Assembly (NCBI RefSeq): GCF_009914755.1
Contig: NC_060935.1
Reading direction: 5' to 3' (one strand)
Length of the DNA stretch: 64,000 nucleotides
Source of the DNA: the human T2T-CHM13v2.0 reference genome, Homo sapiens
Shown here: positions 57,029-64,000 of the stretch, one piece after another
How the letters are laid out: the number at the start of each line of letters is the position of its first letter
How positions within the stretch are numbered: the first letter of the stretch is position 1
Translations under genes and position numbers: made by a program
Notes under the pieces: generated by a model
The model's input: the letters and a program-made list of their open reading frames with translations, nothing else
Told to the model about the DNA's origin: nothing
Database searches by the model: none

Positions 57029-58274
57029 CCCAGAATGGTCCTTAGGATAAACGCAAGTTCTGATTGAGTAATGACTATGGAAATTTTCCCCGACATTTAG
57101 AAATGCTGTTCTCTAATGCAGAGGAAATAATACATCATTTTATGAATACGTTCATAGAAGAATAAGATATCAAATGTTCTTTTATGATAAAGGAAGCAAC
57201 TACAGAAAGCTTTTATTTGTTCAAAGTAACAAGTGGTATTGATGAAAAAAAAACACACACACCAAAAAAACCCAACTCTCCCAATACTACTTTTAAAATG
57301 AACATATCAAAACTGATTTTCATTAGAATGTAGTTATTTTTCCACACTAGTTAATTAAAAGCCAAGACCCAGATATATATATCACAATGCAAACAATTAA
57401 GCTTCATCATCTGGACAAGAATGCCAACTTAGTCTCTCTTTGTAAAAAACAATTACAATTTCAAGACACTTCATATTTGCCGCTTTTGCCAGCAGCAAGT
57501 CGGCCTGATGTGAATATTCCCATTTCAGGAGAAACATCCATTCTCCACTGCTGCCTGTGGCACCAATTATTCTTTCAGGATCAAGATCTCTGGTGAAGCC
57601 TCTTGGTTTGTCGGCAGCATCTCTTTTCTTTGATTTGCTGTCATTAGATTCATTGTCAGATAAAGACTTTCTTTCTTTTTGTAATTTTTTTTTACCAGGT
57701 TTTTTAGAATTAAGGAATGTTTCAATTAACTCTGGACAATCTAAATTTTCTGCGGGTTCCCAAGTACTGTCAACATCTGACGTCCCTTAAACTTCAGGAA
57801 ATGCTCCACCTTCCCTTTTGCTGTAATTCGATCCAGTAGTTTTTCCACAAATGCTTCAGGCTCTGCCTCTTCGACTTTTTTACCCTTTTCATTCTGTTTT
57901 CTTTTTTCCTCCCTTTTTAAAATTATTTATTATTTTTTGCACTGTAGTTTCATTTCAGGCTTTTGGGGTTTTTTTGTTTGTTTGTTTTGGTTGTTGTTGT
58001 TTGATTTTGGCAGACCCGAAGGGCTATTATTCTTACATATATCGGCTCCCCTAAGCCCCGCCCCTCCAGGCTTTACTTTCAGAGTCCTGAGGCCTATAAA
58101 GGCCAGGCCCCTGCCCTCCAGCAGGGAGTGCGTCTCTGAGGAGAAACAAAGGCCCAGAGTGCGGACGCTCCAGGGTACCGCGGCACAGGGCCCACTCCTA
58201 TGCCACTGCGGCCCGGTAACCAAGAGCGCCCCCAACCCCCGAAGCCTTAGGACAGAGGGACGGTGCCCATGCGC
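56218..58274 (-). pseudogene. CBX3P7: CBX3 (HP1-gamma) processed pseudogene, apparently full length (HGNC number recalled, not verified)
   Basis: Minus-strand translation [39 protein letters not shown] / [25 protein letters not shown]...[34 protein letters not shown]...[27 protein letters not shown] (stop 57397-57399) aligns to CBX3 with no introns. CBX3-like 3'UTR runs to ~56225 and 5'UTR-like gaataatagcccttcgggtctgc lies at ~58010-58032. An 11-bp direct repeat caaaatctgtt flanks it at 56207-56217 and 58275-58285. The start ATG is lost and there is a 1-bp deletion at ~57781. Confidence 0.93.
56991..57027. repeat. (AC)18 microsatellite inside the CBX3 retrocopy 3'UTR
   Basis: Uninterrupted AC run. 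Confidence 0.95.
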
Positions 58275-58280
58275 CAAAAT
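58015..58280. promoter_or_regulatory. Small CpG-rich, promoter-like segment (5' leader of the CBX3 retrocopy)
   Basis: 14 CpGs counted in ~265 bp of an otherwise CpG-poor, AT-rich window. Contains a GC box GGGGCGGGGC (- strand, 58055-58064), CCTATAAAGG (TATA and CArG consensus, 58093-58102), NRF1-like GCCCATGCGC (58265-58274) and E2F-type TTTGGCGC (- strand, 58271-58278). Activity is not demonstrated. Confidence 0.45.
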
Positions 58281-58509
58281 CTGTTTCAAGATTTAAGACT
58301 GTGACCTCTGTGAATACAGAGATTGTTCAAATGCCCTAGGGTTCTTGGGAGGCTACTAAGATTGCTGAGCATTTGCCAACATTACTATTAATGTCTGTCA
58401 AATAATTAAAAGACTGGATTAGTGAATGGTTAATGATATAACGGTGTTCTATTGATAATCGGAATAGTTACAACATCCTTTCACAGAAAAAGATGGAAAA
58501 ATCACAGCT

Positions 58510-59022
<513 letters not shown>

Positions 59023-59415
59023 AAGGCTTAGGCAATAGAGTAGGGCCAAAAAGCCTGACCTCACTCTAACTCAAAGTAATGTCCAGGTTCCCAGAGAATA
59101 TCTGCTGGTATTTTTCTGTAAAGACCATTTGCAAAATTGTAACCTAATACAAAGTGTAGCCTTCTTCCAACTCAGGTAGAACACACCTGTCTTTGTCTTG
59201 CTGTTTTCACTCAGCCCTTTTAACATTTTCCCCTAAGCCCATATGTCTAAGGAAAGGATGCTATTTGGTAATGAGGAACTGTTATTTGTATGTGAATTAA
59301 AGTGCTCTTATTTTAAAAAATTGAAATAATTTTGATTTTTGCCTTCTGATTATTTAAAGATCTATATATGTTTTATTGGCCCCTTCTTTATTTTAATAAA
59401 ACAGTGAGAAATCTA
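59023..59415 (+). other. TYR: TYR 3' UTR
   Basis: Follows the stop codon. The end is placed ~15 nt after AATAAA at 59395-59400, and a T-rich downstream tract follows; the exact cleavage site is approximate. Confidence 0.8.
59395..59400 (+). terminator. TYR: Polyadenylation signal AATAAA (variant ATTAAA also at 59296-59301)
   Basis: ttttAATAAAacagtgagaaatcta; upstream gaATTAAAgtgctctt is a possible proximal signal. Confidence 0.8.
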
Positions 59416-62400
59416 CATTAACTGACTCCTTTAGGCTTCAGAAACACATTTTTATTCTCTTCAGAAAGGATGATATTCCCCTTTATTTTACATTTCTGCT
59501 CCAAAATACATTATGGACTTCAAATAGAAAAGAACCTTTAGCTCTTTCCTGTCATAGCTCTGACGATATTTTTTAAGGTCACTGAGAACAAGGGCCCAGC
59601 GTCTATAACACATCCAGCTAAGTGCCTGTCTCAAGATGTGTCCATTAAATATTTTAATGATGATAACTATATTAACATCTTTTCACCTCCTAAAAAGTAT
59701 CTTATTAGAGAAAGTTTAAAATGCAATCAAACATTTGAAGTTTGAACAATTATCTGAATATTAGCCTTTCTGTAGTTCTAGTAAAATAACTCATTTCCAT
59801 TTTCCTCGCCTATTAAGATTTCAAATTAGAATGTTCAGATAATCCTACTACTTAAATTTTGGGGCCCTATTGATTTCCAAAAAAAGTAAAATTGATATTG
59901 CATTTGTATTATGGCTATGCATAGCATAAAAGACTAGGATCAGTGGGAAGAAGTTATAGTGGGCCCATTTTAGTTCAATAAGGGGAAACATTGTTCAATA
60001 CTCAGAGTTACAAAATCAAAATGGACACCTTTGGACAATAATAAGTGGTTACCACTGGAAGTCTTCACATACTGGATTGGGTGGCTAATTTGATTTGGAA
60101 TCTATAGAGAAAATTTAAGCAGTGAGTCTATATTATCTTTATTTAAATTGGCTCAGGGTTCTTACCAACTCTCCCCACTGTAAAGCAAAGTTAACCATGC
60201 TCTATAAAAAGTCCCTATTACTCTTCCACATTATTTTAGGGGTTTTCACCATTCTTTCTTTCAGCCTCCAACCAAATTAATTTACTTTGTCCAGGTGTTC
60301 CCAGTCTCTTCAGTTTCCTTATACCTAGTTGTGCTTGTCTGCTTAGGATTTTCAAATAGTATCTCAGTTTGACTACTTTTGTTTCCAGTGTCATCTTTGA
60401 ATACCATACTTTCTCTGTTCCTTGGTGGTATATTAAAGGCAGACCTACTCAATCCAGGCTCCTAGAAACCTCTCTGGGTCTGGCATCTGAGCCCTACATC
60501 TCTGGGAAGGTAGTTAAGACGAGACACACAGGTTTTTCTGAGGTACCTTTCAGTCACAAGATTCTATAACTACTAAAAGTTCTGCAGCATAGCATTCTGA
60601 TAGTTTATAAATGCATTTAAAAATAAATTGTCTGAAAAATTTGAGCTCTTGGAAACACCTTTATCTGTATAAGACTGACCTAAAAATCAAGACCACATAA
60701 TTTTCAAATGATTACTTTTTATTTAGTCCCATTTTAGATTTCAAAGAGAGGCAAATATCATCCTACTTTACACATGTCCTAACCACACACATGTCCTAAC
60801 CACACATTTTGGTTAATTTTAAAATCTACAATAAGGAAAAATTTATGATTATTTCTGAAGTTATCTTATTAATTATCAGAAATTCCGAACAGTTACTAAA
60901 CTTGGTAATAGAGCAGCAGTCATCTTCTGACTCTCATTAGTTGTCAGACTTAAGCTAGCATGTCTAATTTCTGATACTGACTGCAGGAAAATCTAGCAAG
61001 AAGTGGGGAGTAGCACCCATGGACACAGTGGAAGTCTGTGGGAGGAAACGATAAATACCAGGGAGTATATCCTCAACTCAGTACATAACCAGCAAAAAAG
61101 ATTTCAAGAAGATCATTAACAATGGTGTCTGAGGATTAGAGTCAATTATAGATGGGAATTGAAGCTAGTTAAATGAAGAGCAAGAAGGAATGGGAAAAGA
61201 AATTTGCACAATAGTCTGTAGAAGACTCTGAAGAAGGAATAACGGTGATTGGGGGCACCTTTAGTCACAGATCACACATGTGGGTGGGTCTGGCTTACCT
61301 AACAGGGGCCAAGGTGTTGTGGACACTGCAAAACAACTATGTGTGGGTCACTTATCTAGGAATGATTTGAAGGCAAGATTTTAGTCCAGGGTGGTATGTT
61401 TCAATCATTTTTGCAACACATTTTGAATAAAAGTCCACCTAAGAAATTGTCATTGTTACTGAGAGGGAGCCATATAAAGTCATTTTTTTCCTTTGTCACA
61501 GGCAATTCCCTCCATCACCGCACCTCAATATAGAACATCATTTTGTTTCTCTAGAGGCTTGAGGTGTCTATTTGTATAAAAGCAACATCTATGATGAAAC
61601 CATCATCACTTTAACTCCATGGTTTTCTCAATATGGCACAGAAATTACATGACTGATATTTCAAACTGACAGTTCCATTAAATTATAATCAACATTATAT
61701 TCTATGGTTTTGTTTTTTACTGAGACCTTTACAAATTGCTTCATTTTATGCTTCTGCTCTGATTATTTTCCATTGCTACATTATAAGCCACATTCTGTTG
61801 GAAAAAAAAGAGAAATAAGCAGCTGCTACTCTTTTTTTAATCTTTCTGTGTTTTGTAAAAAAAAAAAAAAAGTATTTTTAGTATCCAACCTTTCCAACAA
61901 GTCAAATATGTAATTCTCCATCTGTAGAAATCACATTTGCAATTGGCACAAGTCATTTCAGCCAGTGTCTCCAGCAGGCTAACAACTGGCATTAGTGGCA
62001 GATGTTTTTAGCTTTTTCCTTGTTTGTGTAGGCTTTGATTTTGTGGGATTTCTTTGTCATCATAAAAACGGCCTAACTGGGGCCACCTATTGTGAGCTTG
62101 TTTTGGAGGACATGTCAGTAAAACAAAGTTCCACTCCCCCTCTGATTAGATGCCTTCTGAAAGCTGCTGAAATGCAAATGTGAAAAGAGTTTTGATTTTC
62201 TAATAAACTTTTTATTGCTTATTTTCAAAATCATTTGCCATTTTGTACAATGTAATGAAAATTAAAATTGGCTATGGAAGCCACTTAGACCTCAAGAGCT
62301 TTCAAATTGTTCACCTACTTAAAACAATATGGGAAGAATTTAAGTATTTTTTTAAAGAAAGGCTTGCCAAAATTCTATATTGTTCATGTTTATCTTATTG

Positions 62401-63234
62401 TTTTATGAGTTTTCTTAATAGCAATGTAAGAAATTACTCTTATGACTTCATGTTCATCTTCCAATTTTTATGTTTCATAATCATGATTATAAGGCATATT
62501 CTTATGATTTCTAGTTTTTCAATTAGAAATAAGTAACAAAGATGTTACAATTTAGTCAGTAGTTGTGATATTCAAAGAACTGTGCTAGGCACTTTCATGT
62601 ATTTTAACTCATTTAACAATCGACATGTTACCAACATGTGAATAAGTACTATTCATATTGTCAAGGGAGGAAACTGGCTGAAATAGGGTAAACACCTTCC
62701 CAAGTTTACATGTCTGCTCAGTAGTTTAGGCAATTTATCTTGGATTTGAGTTTAGTTATTCCTAGGTGCTTCTTATTATAAATTTGTTATATTTTACTCA
62801 ATTATGTTGAAGTGTAATAACCAACTCCTTGCTACTCAATAGTTTTGATTTAGCTGTTGTCATCATTTTGTTTAATATTGTAATGCATACCTTGGTTCAT
62901 ATACCATTTTATTTATCTGAAGTTATTTTCCAGGAGTAGGTTCTCTGGGTAAAAGCACATGAATACTTTTATAACTTTTCTAATGGACTGCCACAGAGCT
63001 TTTGAAAAGGGTTGTGTGGACTTAAAAATGCAAAGAAAAGAGTCTAAAAAACAGGACATCAGAAAGAATAAATGAGAAAATTAAAAGATAAATAACTTAG
63101 AAGAAAGAAGACATGCTGCAATTATCTTTGAGGGGAACTGAAGAGCCTTATTTAAGTTAGAGCCTTAACTTCATGTGAATTTAACATGGCATAGGCTGTG
63201 ATATTAAGTGCATGAAGGATTTGAGAAAATTTTT

Positions 63235-63435
63235 AACATATGTGGGATCTCAAGTCAGACTCTATGAATTTGATTCCTGGTTCAATCTCTCACTAGCTGT
63301 ATAACCTTCTGTGAGTTATCCTACCTCTGTGTGCCCCAGTTTTATCATTGTTAAAATGCATGTAATAATAGTACTTTCCTCAGCATGTCCTGAAGAGTAA
63401 ATCTAAAGCCTTTACAGTAGTGCATAAATATTATT
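63235..63435 (+). mobile_element. MIR
   Basis: agtcagact...ttgattcctggttc...cactagctgtataacctt...ctctgtgtgccccagtttt...taaaatg...taataatagtac. Confidence 0.75.
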
Positions 63436-63779
63436 ATTTCACAAGTTCTCATAGAGTATGTTAACTCAACATGTTACCTGTTTTAAGAAAGAAAGATAAA
63501 AATATAACCACACATTTTGTTTTTCAATAATAATTTTGCAAACCATGAATAGTAATGTACCTATTTAATAAAATGATATTATGATAAATGTACTTTTAAG
63601 ACAGAGAAACATTTGGGGACTAGAAGTATTAATCATGCAAGTACATAGACTTCTATCTCATAAACAAAAGTTGGCTATTAAAGCACCTATGATGTGGTAC
63701 TGGGCTTGAACCCAGTGCATATCCTTGGCCAAGAGTCCCTATCAGGATAAACTCCTCTGAGCTAGAGAGTGTTGGTTCA

Positions 63780-64000
63780 TTTTTAATCATTCACTCATTC
63801 ATTCAAGGAACAAGTCTTTATAGAACACCTACTCTGTCTTGGCACTTTGCTAGAGATACAAATGTTAATAAGATTTAGTTTCTATTCACAGTGAAATCAC
63901 AGTACTCTGAGAAAAAAGCCTATGAGCAAATCATTGCAAAATTATAAATACCATCATAAAGGAATATTCCATGTCTTATAGAAGTAATATAATTAATACT
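63780..64000 (-). mobile_element. LINE-2 3' end
   Basis: cattcactcattcattcaa...aacacctactctgtcttggcactttgctagagataca. Confidence 0.7.

Noticed and set aside
57930-58296. Overlapping 119-aa ORFs on both strands
   Set aside because: GC-rich leader plus simple repeat gives stop-poor frames; there is no recognisable domain, and the minus ORF stops (TAA TAA) before the CBX3 chromodomain sequence.
60771-60804. 17-bp tandem duplication containing CACATG
   Set aside because: Ordinary slippage duplication; the E-boxes lack the T flank preferred by MITF.

Overview
Human genomic DNA from the 3' half of the tyrosinase gene TYR (+ strand). It holds most of intron 3 (1-48426), exon 4 (48427-48608), intron 4 (48609-58798), exon 5 (CDS 58799-59022, 3'UTR to ~59415) and ~4.6 kb of 3' flank. 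Both exons encode the canonical TYR C-terminus (R402 allele), but the near-identical TYRL paralog is excluded only from recalled primer and SNP contexts, not by alignment. The rest is mostly interspersed repeats: L1, L2, Alu, MIR, MLT1, ERV1 LTRs, a full-length Tigger1 and MER1B. Almost all tracked ORFs are repeat-derived or spurious. The most interesting element is an apparently full-length, TSD-bounded antisense CBX3 (HP1-gamma) retrocopy in intron 4. It keeps a 127-codon open hinge/chromoshadow frame and a CpG-rich, promoter-motif-dense 5' leader ~520 bp upstream of TYR exon 5. Other oddities are a tailless 5S rRNA retropseudogene, a twin-primed L1, a three-level nested insertion and local non-tandem duplications. 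I found no convincing wholly new biological system; the CBX3-retrocopy leader is the best candidate for an under-studied regulatory or antisense unit.
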